Positions 1-11,017 of a DNA stretch of 64,000 nt are shown one piece after another. The stretch is from IMG/VR virus record IMGVR_UViG_3300045988_126281; one strand, given 5' to 3'. The position numbers were made by a program, and so were the translations under genes. The notes beneath the pieces are model-generated. The model saw only the letters and a program-made list of their open reading frames with translations. It did not search any database and was not told the origin of the DNA. The DNA comes from a virus. Within the stretch, counting starts at the first letter, position 1. Every line of letters begins with the position of its first letter.

Positions 1-1017
1 TAAGAAGAATTTACATTAGGATAAGGTTTTCTTTTAGAACCATAATCTTGTTTTCTACTTAAGCCTCCAATACGTTTAATATTATATTTTTTACCATTTT
101 CTTGAATCCATTTTTGAACATCAGGACTAGATATAGCTTTATTACCAGCGGCTCTGACATCATTAGAATGATTTTTATCATCAGGATTATAAAGACCTCT
201 TTTATACATAGTAAAACCGTGTTGAAGAGGAGATTCAATATTGATTAAATCATTGTTTTTACTTCCCTTATAACCTTTATTATGATATTCATAATCATTA
301 ATAAGATATTCAGCAGGAATACCACCATAATTTCTTGCATAAGACATATTAAAATGAGCTCTAACTTTATCTTTATCCATACCAGCAGGAACAGCAATAG
401 TAGGCATAGCTCCACCATGAGTTTCTTGAACAGCAAGCCCTAATGCTTCATTAAAAGGAATTTTAGCTTTATTTGCATTTACAGCAATAGAATCAAGCAT
501 ATTAGAAGACATTCTTCCAGCACCGCGAACTTTTATTTCTTTATCATAAAGATATGGTATATAATATTTTTTACTATTAGAAGTAGACCCGTGCTTACTT
601 ATAGTTTTATTTACATAATCTTCATATCCACCACTAACTTCTTTAGTAGGACTATCATTTTGTTTAACTCTACTAAAACGTCCAAGTCTAGCACTAGTTC
701 CGTCATCTTTAAGATGATTTTTATCTTTAAATTTTTCTTGAGCATTAAAAACATCTTCAGGATTAATTCCTTTAATAACTAATTCAGCAGGACTATTTCC
801 ATTAAGAATAGGTTTAGCACTAAACACTTTAACAGACTTTTTATTAGTTTTAAGAACTTCACCGTTTTCTACTTCAAGACCTCTTTTAGTATTACCAATA
901 TCAATGCCTCCTTGTTCGTGAGTTCTACCAATCATTAAATACATATTATTTCCTAATGGAGTGGCTATACCGCCAGCTACAACATTAGGTATATTTGTTC
1001 TTTTAGATTTAGACATT
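1..1017 (-). CDS. Hypothetical protein, 5' portion only (start ATG at 1017, extends beyond the window start). Possibly virion-associated.
   Basis: Reverse-complement hand translation is open from 1017 to position 1, giving MSKSKRTNIPNVVAGGIATPLGNN... It lies downstream of the tail module on the same strand. No motif recognised. Confidence 0.55.
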
Positions 1018-1050
1018 AAAATTAAAAATTTTTATATATTTTACTCGATT

Positions 1051-1128
1051 TTTAGGCTCTGTGAGCTTAATTTGTATTGTGTATGAGTAATCTATCATAA
1101 TCAAACTAAAACTTAATCAGAGCCTAAA
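1051..1128 (-). promoter_or_regulatory. Hairpin with arms tttaggctctg / cagagcctaaa. The proximal arm is the ACAGAGCCTAAAA box ~33 nt upstream of the 1017 ATG.
   Basis: The same 13-mer is also found 31 nt upstream of the 5717 ATG. Confidence 0.45.
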
Positions 1129-1149
1129 CAAATAGCCAACAAACCGAAA

Positions 1150-1524
1150 TTAACGCATTAAATAGCCGCCAAGTTTATACATTTGGATTCGGTCAAAATA
1201 TTCTTTATTAGCATCTCTTTTAGCATTAATACCACCAAGAACTTTTCTTTTACCTCCACATCTCATTTGAGAAGTATTTTGAGTAGGAATAATAATTTTA
1301 TTTTGATAGTTAGCAATATAATCACGATTGCTAAGATTGGCTTGAATATTTTGTTGTTGCTGAATAGCATTTTGCTGATTTTGAGCTTCATTTTGATTTG
1401 CTATTTGGCGTTCAGCATTTTTCTTATTAGAATAAATGCTAACACCTGTTCCAATAGCAGAAGCTAAAGCACTAATAATACTACCAATTGCAAGTGCTCC
1501 TAAAGCACACTTTTTTCTTTTCAT
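1150..1524 (-). CDS. Small membrane-anchored protein (N-terminal TM helix, Q/N-rich region)
   Basis: 124-aa ORF with hydrophobic N-terminus ALGALAIGSIISALASAIG; its 3' end overlaps the upstream gene by 4 nt, consistent with an operon. Confidence 0.45.
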   Translation of the reverse strand: MKRKKCALGALAIGSIISALASAIGTGVSIYSNKKNAERQIANQNEAQNQQNAIQQQQNIQANLSNRDYIANYQNKIIIPTQNTSQMRCGGKRKVLGGINAKRDANKEYFDRIQMYKLGGYLMR

Positions 1525-4500
1525 AATTTTTTATCTTTAGTTACGTTATATTTTAAATCTTCAAACTCAACACGTCTTTCAGAATCACTAAAAGTAAATG
1601 AAGCAATAAAATAATTTCCATAAAGTCGAGACATTATATCTCCATAAATTTGTTTCCCATTGTGTTGAGAACCTTTATTCCTAAGATAACTAAAATTCCA
1701 ATTATCTAAATCCCAATAAGGTTTTTTATAATTATCAAAAGCATTTTTAGCTTTTTCAGTATCAATCTTTATATCAATAACGCCAGTATCAACGTTATGA
1801 TTAAATACTCTTAATGTATCACCAGAATAAGGAAGTTTCAATCCCTCTACGGGCAGTTGAATATAATCTTCATTAGACTTATCTATTTTATAAAGTTTGT
1901 ATGTAAGATATTCAAGATATTTAACTGTGTCATAAATAGTAAAACTACCTTTATCTGTAATATAAGCTCCTAATATAAGTATATCGATTTGAGAATTGTT
2001 AATTAATTGTTTAGTATAATTTTCAAAATTATTATAAGAAGTATTAGTAAGATTAAAATAATCAATATTAAAAATAGATTTAAGTTGATTGTCTTTCCTG
2101 CCTGTAAAGAAATATAGTTTGTTTTTAGTATTAATACCTTCTTCAAATATATAATCATGGAAAGAAATATAATTACCAAGTTTATAATTAAAGCTTATAA
2201 TTTTATTATCTTGCTTAGTAATATCTTGATAATCAAATCTAATAAGAAGTCTATTACTTATTTTATCATTAGCAAATCTAACTCTATTGGGTTTATATTT
2301 ATTAAGCCATTGAATAATATCATTATCAAGATTATTAATTTTTCCTTGACCAAATTGATATAATCTATGAGCATCATTATCATAAAAAATATAACCAAAA
2401 TCATCAGCAATCCAAGCTCTATCATCTTGTAATCCACAAATACCCAAAGTAGAAGTAAATACTTCTTTATAGTCAATATCAAATATATCAGGCATTGCAA
2501 GTTGAACATCTTTATCTTGTGTTTTCATAGTATTGTCTCTATTAAACATAAACAAAGAATGTTCAGTATGAACAAGAAGAGTAGTACCCATTGCAAGAAG
2601 ATTAGTAATATTTCCTTTATTTTCTGTAATATCTTTATATCCTTCTAAAGGAAAAATTCTCCAAGCATTTTCATTGCTTTCATCTTGAATAACATTGCTC
2701 CTATAAATACGTTTATTATAAACATTAAGATAAGAAATATTTTTATCATAATTAGTATAAGTTTTAGGATTACTTATATCTTGATTATAATATTTTTCTT
2801 TAAATAAATCAACAGTATCAGAAGGTTCTACAATACACCCATTTCCAAAAATAAAAGTTTGATTTTCTTCAGTTTCACTTGCTTCACTAAGTTGTGTAAC
2901 ACAAACTTTAGGAGGATTTTTAAAAGATTTAGCTTCAAGCATTTTATCTTTATAAACAGCAAGTTGAAGATAAGCAGCAGGGTGAGAATATTTAAAAAGA
3001 TTATCATCTAATTGAAAATTACTTCCAAAAGCCCAAGTAGGATAATAAGCATTATATGAATAGTTAAGAATAACATTTTTGCCAGAATCAAATATAAATT
3101 TATTCCAATTATAAATTAAAAAATCATTATATGTTGAATGCCCATTAAGACCTTCTTTAAATTCTTTAACTTTACCTTCAGTAAAATATTCAATATTAGT
3201 AAATTTAATAAGATTCTTATTTTCATTAACATAAAGTTCAGTAGTATCATTAAGAAGACTTGCTTTATATATAATATATTCTCCATTAGGAAAAAGTTCT
3301 TTGATTGTAGAAGTTGGTAAAGTAATTTCAAGACAAGTCCCTAAACCGTTTTGACCTTCGGTGGCATCTCCTGCAACTTTAATATTATATTTACTAATAG
3401 GAATTTCAATATTAACAGAAGTTCCGCCTTTTTCAGGAATATTAAGATTATAAGCAAATTTAGCATTAACTACAGCTGGGTTAATAATAAAAATATCTGT
3501 TACTCCAACGTCAATATCTCCATAAACCCAATCTTGAACATCAAAACAATTTTTCTTTTCAAGTCTAAGTTTGTTATATTTAAGTTCAAGATTATCAGTA
3601 ATATCAAATTCACTACTATAAAATTTAACAGTAGTTAAATTATCAGAATCAATAGCATTATAATTTTCATTTCTAACAATAGTTTTATTAGTATAAACAG
3701 TTGAAGCAACTTTAGTAGCTTTTTGTTCTTTATTATAAAAATCAAATTTAGTAAGAACTCCAGTAGTTTTACAAGTGCTTTCAAATTGTTCATATGTAAG
3801 AAAATATCCTACATATTCATTAGGAATATAAGTATTTCCAAAATCAATTTGAAGAGTAAGTCTATGTTTAATAATATTATCTTTAAAATTACTTAATTCA
3901 ATATAAGGAACTTTAAATAAAGCATCTCCATTTTTATTAATGACTAAATTAAAATTACCTTGACCATTATTAGGCAATTTATATCCTCTTGAAACTTCTC
4001 CATATTTATTTACAAAATGAATATAAAAAGCATAGGTCTCACCAGGAATAAGAGTAGTTTCTTTTTTACGTCTATTATAAGAATTATTTGTATTAATAAA
4101 ATCAAATGAAGTTAAAGAAGAAACATCTGGAGATATTTCTCCATTTTCTTTAAAATTATTAATACTAACAGTTAATTGAACTTCACTTGGAACATTAAGA
4201 GCTGTTAAACCACGGGCATGCCAATATTGAACTCCATTATAAATTCCATCAATATCGTATTGCATATATCCACCGCCTTGACTTCCATATCCATTTCTAG
4301 TCCAATTTAAAGTAATGTTTCCAATAAGTTCATTATTACTATTATAAAGATGAGCAGTTTCAGTTTCAGTACTTCCTTGATTAAACAAACTTGTTTTAAA
4401 AATTAAAGTAGTAGCATTTAAATTAATTTTACCAAAATGGTCTGATTTAATATAACTAGGTTTAGTATTTGTGTCAACTGTATTACTTCTTTTAATTATT

Positions 4501-5717
4501 CTATTAGTATTATTTTGTTTTGTTTTAACTTTTGTTTCTATATCAGTACAACCTTTTTCATCAGCAAAATAAATGCTATGCTTATAATAATCATCATAAA
4601 CAACATTTTCTTGTTTCCATCTAAGAATTATATTAGATAAATCTATATTAGGAATATTTTCTTCATTATAATTAGCAATATAAAGCCTATTTTGATAATT
4701 AATAATATTCTTTACGTTATAAAAATTATAATTATCTGTAATAAGATTAGTAACAGAATAAGTAACACAATTATTTATTTCAAGTTTATAATTTGTTACA
4801 TTAATTTTTATATCATTAGTTTTAAATGCTTTTTGAGAATCTTTTGTGGCACAAATAAAACCTATTTGATAATATTTATATCCGAGTTGTTCTGATTTAT
4901 TAAGTCCATTAATATCAAATGTAATAGTTTCATTAGCAATTTCTATATCATCTGAAATATAATCAGAACAACCAGTCATAAAATAAAGTTTCCATTTACC
5001 AGAACTATCAGGAAGGTCATTAATCCAACCTGAATAATAATATTTAATTATATCTCGTTCAATAAGGTCAGAAACAAATATAGGATAACCTAAATGAAAC
5101 CAAGAAGTATAATCAACTTTATTAATTTTAAATCTAATAAAGAAATTATACCAACCTTTATAAGCGTTTCCAATGGTATATTCTTGGTTAATAAGTTTTG
5201 GAATATAAACTTCTGGAGCATTACTAAGTAATCCATTTTTAAGATTAACATCAGTATCATCTCCATTTATACCAAATTTACCAATATTAATGGTTCGTAA
5301 AGGAATATTAAACTTAGTATTATATTCAGCAATAGAAAGTATAAGATTACTTTGTACATTATAAGTAAATGTACCTTTTATTTCTCCTCCGTGATATTCA
5401 AATTTGTTATATGAAATCTCACAAGAATTTTTATCTTCATTATATCTAACTATTGAAGCATTTGTTGGAAAAGAATCACCTTTATAAACTATTAAAATTA
5501 ATTCTACATTACAAGGAATAACTCCAGCAATATTCCAATCATTACCAAAATTATTATTAATAAAACTTTCAATGACTCTATTATGGAAAATACTATTTTC
5601 ACTTTGTAAACAACTAAAATCATTAGAAACTTTTACATTCCTTGCATTAACAAGAATTAAATCTTCACAATCTTTCGGGTGTTTATTAAGAACAAGTTTT
5701 TTATTTATATTTGGCAT
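1521..5717 (-). CDS. Large tail or receptor-binding structural protein (1398 aa)
   Basis: Single uninterrupted 4.2-kb ORF in the structural module, N/Y/T-rich and beta-rich, typical of tail fibre or spike proteins. Confidence 0.8.
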   Translation of the reverse strand: MPNINKKLVLNKHPKDCEDLILVNARNVKVSNDFSCLQSENSIFHNRVIESFINNNFGNDWNIAGVIPCNVELILIVYKGDSFPTNASIVRYNEDKNSCEISYNKFEYHGGEIKGTFTYNVQSNLILSIAEYNTKFNIPLRTINIGKFGINGDDTDVNLKNGLLSNAPEVYIPKLINQEYTIGNAYKGWYNFFIRFKINKVDYTSWFHLGYPIFVSDLIERDIIKYYYSGWINDLPDSSGKWKLYFMTGCSDYISDDIEIANETITFDINGLNKSEQLGYKYYQIGFICATKDSQKAFKTNDIKINVTNYKLEINNCVTYSVTNLITDNYNFYNVKNIINYQNRLYIANYNEENIPNIDLSNIILRWKQENVVYDDYYKHSIYFADEKGCTDIETKVKTKQNNTNRIIKRSNTVDTNTKPSYIKSDHFGKINLNATTLIFKTSLFNQGSTETETAHLYNSNNELIGNITLNWTRNGYGSQGGGYMQYDIDGIYNGVQYWHARGLTALNVPSEVQLTVSINNFKENGEISPDVSSLTSFDFINTNNSYNRRKKETTLIPGETYAFYIHFVNKYGEVSRGYKLPNNGQGNFNLVINKNGDALFKVPYIELSNFKDNIIKHRLTLQIDFGNTYIPNEYVGYFLTYEQFESTCKTTGVLTKFDFYNKEQKATKVASTVYTNKTIVRNENYNAIDSDNLTTVKFYSSEFDITDNLELKYNKLRLEKKNCFDVQDWVYGDIDVGVTDIFIINPAVVNAKFAYNLNIPEKGGTSVNIEIPISKYNIKVAGDATEGQNGLGTCLEITLPTSTIKELFPNGEYIIYKASLLNDTTELYVNENKNLIKFTNIEYFTEGKVKEFKEGLNGHSTYNDFLIYNWNKFIFDSGKNVILNYSYNAYYPTWAFGSNFQLDDNLFKYSHPAAYLQLAVYKDKMLEAKSFKNPPKVCVTQLSEASETEENQTFIFGNGCIVEPSDTVDLFKEKYYNQDISNPKTYTNYDKNISYLNVYNKRIYRSNVIQDESNENAWRIFPLEGYKDITENKGNITNLLAMGTTLLVHTEHSLFMFNRDNTMKTQDKDVQLAMPDIFDIDYKEVFTSTLGICGLQDDRAWIADDFGYIFYDNDAHRLYQFGQGKINNLDNDIIQWLNKYKPNRVRFANDKISNRLLIRFDYQDITKQDNKIISFNYKLGNYISFHDYIFEEGINTKNKLYFFTGRKDNQLKSIFNIDYFNLTNTSYNNFENYTKQLINNSQIDILILGAYITDKGSFTIYDTVKYLEYLTYKLYKIDKSNEDYIQLPVEGLKLPYSGDTLRVFNHNVDTGVIDIKIDTEKAKNAFDNYKKPYWDLDNWNFSYLRNKGSQHNGKQIYGDIMSRLYGNYFIASFTFSDSERRVEFEDLKYNVTKDKKL

Positions 5718-5747
5718 AAATAAAAATTATTGTAGATTTTGAATCAA

Positions 5748-5760
5748 TTTTAGGCTCTGT
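5748..5760 (-). promoter_or_regulatory. ACAGAGCCTAAAA box (on the - sense strand) 31 nt upstream of the tail-protein start codon
   Basis: ttttaggctctgt on the + strand, identical to 1050..1062. Confidence 0.45.
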
Positions 5761-5841
5761 AATGAATGTTTGTCTTAAATATGATAAGTTATATATTTTT
5801 AATAAAATCATTCATTACAAGTCAAGCAAAGTACCAAAGAA

Positions 5842-6687
5842 TCAATTTCGTGGGTCAAATGTATCTATAAACAATGTGCTTCTAAATAATTTAGAAGCAT
5901 TGCTAGCATCTACATTATCACCAATAATACTTGCTTTAGCTTTATCTTTAAGAATACTCCATTGATAATAAGGATTAGTACCGTATTGAGAAGCAGCAAG
6001 ATTGAATACAGGATGCTTATAACCTCTACAAAGCATTTTATAAATACAATAATATCCAAGTGCTTCTATAAGTAAACCGTTATTAGGAATAAAAGGAAGT
6101 TCAGTATTATAATTATTGCTTTCATAAGTTTTAATAGCATCATATTCAACAACAATATAATTAGCATCATAATCAAGTTCAATAGTTTTACAATCTACTA
6201 AAATATAATGTTTAGCACAATTATAATTTCCAACAATATCAGCGACATTATATCTAGCAGGATAATCTTTGCTATTAACTCTTACAGCAATACTTCCAAT
6301 AGATTCATCTTGATTAGGAACTAAATGGTTGTCAAGAGTACTTGGGGTAACACTGGAATCAAGGTGTCCATCAGCAGATTCATCTTCCCTGCCTGTAAAG
6401 GAATTGCCACATCGACTTTGTTGACCGCCCGATATAACATCAACTTCACAACCATTTTCATCAAATACTTTAAGATTAGTACATTCTAAATCACAATCAC
6501 TTTTAGCAAATCTATTCCTAACAGTAAGTTTACGTCTTTTTCTTACAGTAGGAGTAACTTTAAGTTGCTCCATAGCATCAATACACCAAGCAGCAACTCG
6601 TGGTATCCAATCACTATCTCCAGGATTAAAGTCATTATCAATTTTAGCGATAATCCTTTCAATGGTGGTATATCTTTTGTTTTCCAT
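5842..6687 (-). CDS. Hypothetical protein
   Basis: 281-aa ORF, same strand as the structural module. Confidence 0.6.
   Translation of the reverse strand: MENKRYTTIERIIAKIDNDFNPGDSDWIPRVAAWCIDAMEQLKVTPTVRKRRKLTVRNRFAKSDCDLECTNLKVFDENGCEVDVISGGQQSRCGNSFTGREDESADGHLDSSVTPSTLDNHLVPNQDESIGSIAVRVNSKDYPARYNVADIVGNYNCAKHYILVDCKTIELDYDANYIVVEYDAIKTYESNNYNTELPFIPNNGLLIEALGYYCIYKMLCRGYKHPVFNLAASQYGTNPYYQWSILKDKAKASIIGDNVDASNASKLFRSTLFIDTFDPRN
6389..6405 (+). repeat. Dispersed motif copy CTGCCTGTAAAGGAATT (inside a CDS)
   Basis: Exact consensus copy read directly from the sequence. Confidence 0.8.
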
Positions 6688-7588
6688 GTCTAATAAAATT
6701 AATACTTCTATCTGGATATTTCATAAGATAAATTCTAATTTTATATCTAAGTCCGCAAGGAAGAGTAAAAATTTCATTTTCAGTTTTACACATAGCAGCA
6801 ATTTGTTCAAAAGTTAAACCTCTATATTTAGAACTAATTGTATCAGCAAAATCAAAAGAATAATATTTTCTATTTCTCCAAAACTTAGATTTAACAAAAT
6901 TAAGACGAAACCAATAATTACTTTCTTTAAAAACTCTATAATCAGCACCATTATATTCAAGACCAAGTTTTTTAGCTATTTTAGCTTTAGCATCATCATA
7001 AAGCTCAATACCTGCTTCAGTAAGCTCTTTTTTGCGTTTATTAGTTTCATTAAAATCAATAGTTTTTCTTTTAAAAGGAACAACTTTCTTTTCTAAATAC
7101 ATTGTTCCAACCGAATTAGCAATAGTATAAGCATCACCTTTTATAAGAAGTTCATGAATTTTATTATAATAATTAAATAACATTTCTCTATATTCAGAGA
7201 ACTTAAGATTAGCTTCTCTATTAAGAGCATTTTTAGCAATATTAAGTTTATATCCTTCAGTAAGAATATTGAGATAAGCAAGAAGTTTTATAATTTCATT
7301 ACGTTTGCCAGCAGGAGCTTTATTATAAGCAATACTTGCTTTAACTTTAAAATCTTTAGTGCCCGAACAATATTCTCCATCAATCATTTCTCTTGGATAA
7401 TTATTAAGGTCTATATTGTGGGTATCAAGCAATACTTCTTTACAGGTAGTTAGCCAAGAACGATATTTAACTGCTTTGGCAATATTTTCTCCAATTTTAT
7501 CTTCAATTTCTTTAACTTGTTTATTAACCTTTTGTTTAAAATCTAAATAAAAGGTTTTCATATCATAATCAGCAGCCCTTTTTTTCAT
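6659..7588 (-). CDS. Hypothetical protein
   Basis: 309-aa ORF, lysine-rich. Confidence 0.6.
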   Translation of the reverse strand: MKKRAADYDMKTFYLDFKQKVNKQVKEIEDKIGENIAKAVKYRSWLTTCKEVLLDTHNIDLNNYPREMIDGEYCSGTKDFKVKASIAYNKAPAGKRNEIIKLLAYLNILTEGYKLNIAKNALNREANLKFSEYREMLFNYYNKIHELLIKGDAYTIANSVGTMYLEKKVVPFKRKTIDFNETNKRKKELTEAGIELYDDAKAKIAKKLGLEYNGADYRVFKESNYWFRLNFVKSKFWRNRKYYSFDFADTISSKYRGLTFEQIAAMCKTENEIFTLPCGLRYKIRIYLMKYPDRSINFIRHGKQKIYHH

Positions 7589-7591
7589 AAT

Positions 7592-8266
7592 TTATTTCAT
7601 AAGATTAAGAGTAGGAATTTCATTAGTTTGTCTTACAATATTAGGATTAAATGTTTCAAGAACAAGTTTTTTAATATCACCAATCATATCTTCAGAAATC
7701 ATAAATTCATCATCGTCAGAATAATTATATTCTTTATTGAAATGCTCTTCTGGAATTTCAAATGGATTTTCAAAAGCAGCTTCAACTATAATTTGATTTG
7801 TAAGAAGCAATCTATCTGAATTACGAAGATTAATATAAAGATATTGATTAATATAGTCATAAGATTCGAGACAAGCCATTCCAGGAAGACAAGTATAAAA
7901 CTTAGCAGAAGGTTCTTTAATAAAAGGAATTTCAATAGGATTATCAAATCCAGTAGTTCTTATAGAAATAAAAGGATGCCCATTATCAATACGAACAGGC
8001 CCTGGAACTCTATTAAGGCTACGTTTGACTTTTTTAAGGTTTAAATCAAAAGTGTCGCTAATATCACCATCAGGACAATCAATTAAAGTAATTTTAAATC
8101 TTTGCTGAAGAACTTTATCAACATATCCATGAGAACTATAAGTATTACGAATTAGTCTATTACGAGCATGAATAATACCAAGTCTAATAGCATTTCTTAC
8201 AGGAACACTATCTGCTTGTTGAACACTATGAGCAATCTCAGAAATTAATTGATTAATAGATGCCAT
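7592..8266 (-). CDS. Hypothetical protein
   Basis: 224-aa ORF tightly packed with its neighbours. Confidence 0.6.
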   Translation of the reverse strand: MASINQLISEIAHSVQQADSVPVRNAIRLGIIHARNRLIRNTYSSHGYVDKVLQQRFKITLIDCPDGDISDTFDLNLKKVKRSLNRVPGPVRIDNGHPFISIRTTGFDNPIEIPFIKEPSAKFYTCLPGMACLESYDYINQYLYINLRNSDRLLLTNQIIVEAAFENPFEIPEEHFNKEYNYSDDDEFMISEDMIGDIKKLVLETFNPNIVRQTNEIPTLNLMK

Positions 8267-8383
8267 AATACTTTTATTAATTATTAATACAAAAATAAAC
8301 TTTATTTTTAGAAATGAAAATTTATAATAATTAAAAAGTTCTCCTATAAGTTCATTAGAACAAATAGGAGAACAATTAATACA

Positions 8384-8680
8384 TTATTCTATATTAGATT
8401 TATAATCTAATTTAAGTTTATTTAAAATAGGTTTAAAAACCCAACTCCAAGCAACTGGAGCAGCAATAGCAGAATTAATAAGAATAATATAATTAGTATA
8501 TCCAGCAAAATAATAAATTGCTGTAATAAGTAGCATGACAACTATAAATACAATTCTTTTTGGCCAAGTACCAAATTTAACAATAGGAGTATATTTATTA
8601 ATAAAATATGTTAGAATATTAATAACTAACATATAAGCGAAATCAAAATTATTAATGAGATTATAAGTTATTTGTTCCAT
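8384..8680 (-). CDS. Small integral membrane protein
   Basis: 98 aa with two to three hydrophobic helices (IVFIVVMLLITAIYYFAGY; ILINSAIAAPVAWSWVF). Confidence 0.45.
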   Translation of the reverse strand: MEQITYNLINNFDFAYMLVINILTYFINKYTPIVKFGTWPKRIVFIVVMLLITAIYYFAGYTNYIILINSAIAAPVAWSWVFKPILNKLKLDYKSNIE

Positions 8681-8723
8681 TAAAAATTATATTAATAATA
8701 GTTTTGGTGTAAATATTTGTTTA

Positions 8724-9545
8724 TTAAACATTATGAACTTCAACATAAATATTAATTAAATCATTAAGTGAGTTATAAAGTGGAATAACACTATCTCTTA
8801 TACATTTATATATAGTATTATTTTGAGAATAATATTTATTAGCATAAAGAATCATATTTCCATTATATGGAATAGGGTCTTCAACAGTACCTTTATTTTG
8901 TTCATTAATTTCAGTATAAACAGTAGCAGCATCAGTCGGAAGCCAATTTGATTGAACAGTATGTTTAAGTAGCGCTTTAAACAATCTATCGTTATATATA
9001 AGTTTAGTATTAACATCTATCTCTTTACCAATTAGTTCTTCCCATTTAGGATATATAGATTTAATATTTACAGATTCTTCATCAGATAAATTAAATTTAT
9101 TAGAAACTATTTTAATAAAAGATTCAATATCTGAATTTTTTATTAAATTATGTTTAGTAAAATCTTTTTTCTGAATATTAAAATCATTTCGCACTTTATC
9201 TTTTATAATACTAACAGTTTCAAGATATTCTTTATATTCAGAAAACTCTTCGTCAGAAATAAGCATATCAAGTTGCATTTTAGAAGCTACATTTATAAAC
9301 TTAAATTCTTCTTCTAAAGTATAATAATTTCTAATAATAGCTTTAGCGCAATCAGAATAATTAGGAAGTCCAGAAAGTTTAACCCAAGTACAAAGCCAAT
9401 AAGGTTTGTTTTCTGTTTTTCCATCAATATCAACTACATCTTCATTACCAGTTTCAATAACATAAGTATAGATATAATTGTTATTACCAAGCCTATTAAT
9501 AATTATAGGCTGTTCATTTGTCTTAAATAATTGTTTGATTTCCAT
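8724..9545 (-). CDS. Hypothetical protein
   Basis: 273-aa ORF; its 5' end overlaps the RT gene 3' end by 43 nt. Confidence 0.55.
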   Translation of the reverse strand: MEIKQLFKTNEQPIIINRLGNNNYIYTYVIETGNEDVVDIDGKTENKPYWLCTWVKLSGLPNYSDCAKAIIRNYYTLEEEFKFINVASKMQLDMLISDEEFSEYKEYLETVSIIKDKVRNDFNIQKKDFTKHNLIKNSDIESFIKIVSNKFNLSDEESVNIKSIYPKWEELIGKEIDVNTKLIYNDRLFKALLKHTVQSNWLPTDAATVYTEINEQNKGTVEDPIPYNGNMILYANKYYSQNNTIYKCIRDSVIPLYNSLNDLINIYVEVHNV

Positions 9546-10720
9546 ATTTTAATAGTAGTTGGAAGTATTTTGTTTATTATAGTTTTATAAAGTATTTTAT
9601 TAGTAGAAACAGTATAATAAGAATGACCCTTATAAATAAAATTAATTTTAAAATACTTATTATGAACATCTATATCAATAACATTTATAACCTTATCATA
9701 AAGATTAGAAATTTTAATATAAGGAGCTACCCAATTAGTATATTTAATTCCTGTAAGTTTTTGAATTTTATAAAGAAGATTTTTAGAATTACAATATTTA
9801 CACCAACCAAAATAAGAACGAAAATGAATTTCAAAATATTTTTTATCTATGGTTCTGTTAACATAAGAATATACAAGTTTCATAATATTCTTTTTAATAC
9901 TTTTTCTTAAAAGTATATAATTATGATAAAACTTATATCCAATAAAATCAATACCTCTTTTGTCAACTTCAAATATTTGATAATTTTCTTTAAGTTCTAA
10001 TTTAAGAACTTGATGTAAATACATTTTTATAAGTATTAAAATCTTTCTAAGTTCTTCTTTAGTTTTTCCTAAAATAACAATATCATCTGCATATCTAAAA
10101 TAAAATTTACATTTAACTTCTTCTTTTAGCCAATGGTCAAAATAGGTTAAATATAAATTAGCAAAGAATTGAGAAAGATAATTTCCAATAGGAACTCCAT
10201 CAGAAGATTCAATAATATCTTTAAGTAAAATTAAAAGTTTGTTATCTTTAACTTTTCTTTTTATAATTTCAAAAAGAATTTCATGGTTAATAGAAGGATA
10301 AAATTTCTTTATATCTAGTTTAAGACAATATTTAGTGTTTTCAATATTATTTTCAAGACACTTTTTTAAATCTCTGTTAAGTTTAGTAATTCCTCTTTCT
10401 TTAACACAAGAATAAGTATGAGAAATAAAAATATTAACCCAGATAGGTTCCATAATATTCATAATAGCATGATGAGTAATTCTATCGGGATAATATGGAA
10501 GTTTAAAAATTAATCTTTCTTTAGGTTCATAAATTTTAAAAGTAGTATAAGTAGAAGTATGATAGTTAAGATTTATTAAATCATTAAGAAGTTTTTCATT
10601 TTCTTCTTTTCTATGTTCATTATGTTTTATAATATCTTTTCTAAGTTTTTTATCATTACTTGCTTTGTCATCAGCATATTCAATATTATCTTTAGTACAA
10701 ATTTTTTTCAAAAAGACCAT
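9503..10720 (-). CDS. Reverse transcriptase of a diversity-generating retroelement
   Basis: RT motifs LDIKKFYPSINHEIL (motif A/3), SQFFANLYLTYFDH (motif 4), FRYADDIVILG (YxDD catalytic motif); adjacent TR/VR pair. Confidence 0.85.
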   Translation of the reverse strand: MVFLKKICTKDNIEYADDKASNDKKLRKDIIKHNEHRKEENEKLLNDLINLNYHTSTYTTFKIYEPKERLIFKLPYYPDRITHHAIMNIMEPIWVNIFISHTYSCVKERGITKLNRDLKKCLENNIENTKYCLKLDIKKFYPSINHEILFEIIKRKVKDNKLLILLKDIIESSDGVPIGNYLSQFFANLYLTYFDHWLKEEVKCKFYFRYADDIVILGKTKEELRKILILIKMYLHQVLKLELKENYQIFEVDKRGIDFIGYKFYHNYILLRKSIKKNIMKLVYSYVNRTIDKKYFEIHFRSYFGWCKYCNSKNLLYKIQKLTGIKYTNWVAPYIKISNLYDKVINVIDIDVHNKYFKINFIYKGHSYYTVSTNKILYKTIINKILPTTIKIWKSNNYLRQMNSL

Positions 10721-10854
10721 TTATTCTTTTCATAATTATATTTCTATTTATAGAGCGTTCAATATTATATTTACTAACACTATGTTCGATTGCTACGTTA
10801 TTTTTTACCAAGAGGTAAGGTTTAATATTTTGTTCATTAAAAAATTTGAAATAT

Positions 10855-10956
10855 AAAAGAAACTACGATTGGCATTAGCATTACTAACACTATTATTAGA
10901 ATTAGAATAACTAAAACTAGCATTACTGCTATCATTAGCATTACTACTAGTTAACA
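10855..10956 (-). repeat. DGR template repeat (TR), non-coding, between RT and target gene
   Basis: About 102 nt, about 75% identical to 11035..11136. All 25 mismatches fall where the TR has T on the + strand, which is A on the - (sense) strand. The sense strand is rich in AAT/AAC codons. Confidence 0.85.
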
Positions 10957-11017
10957 ATTTAACTAATAACAATCAATATTAAACCTATGTTATTAATAAA
11001 CTTATGATTATAAAAAA

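Noticed and set aside
10665-10856. 63-aa + strand ORF between RT and TR, considered as a possible DGR accessory (avd) gene
   Set aside because: Wrong strand relative to the RT and target genes, AT-rich low-complexity product, and no helical-bundle-like sequence
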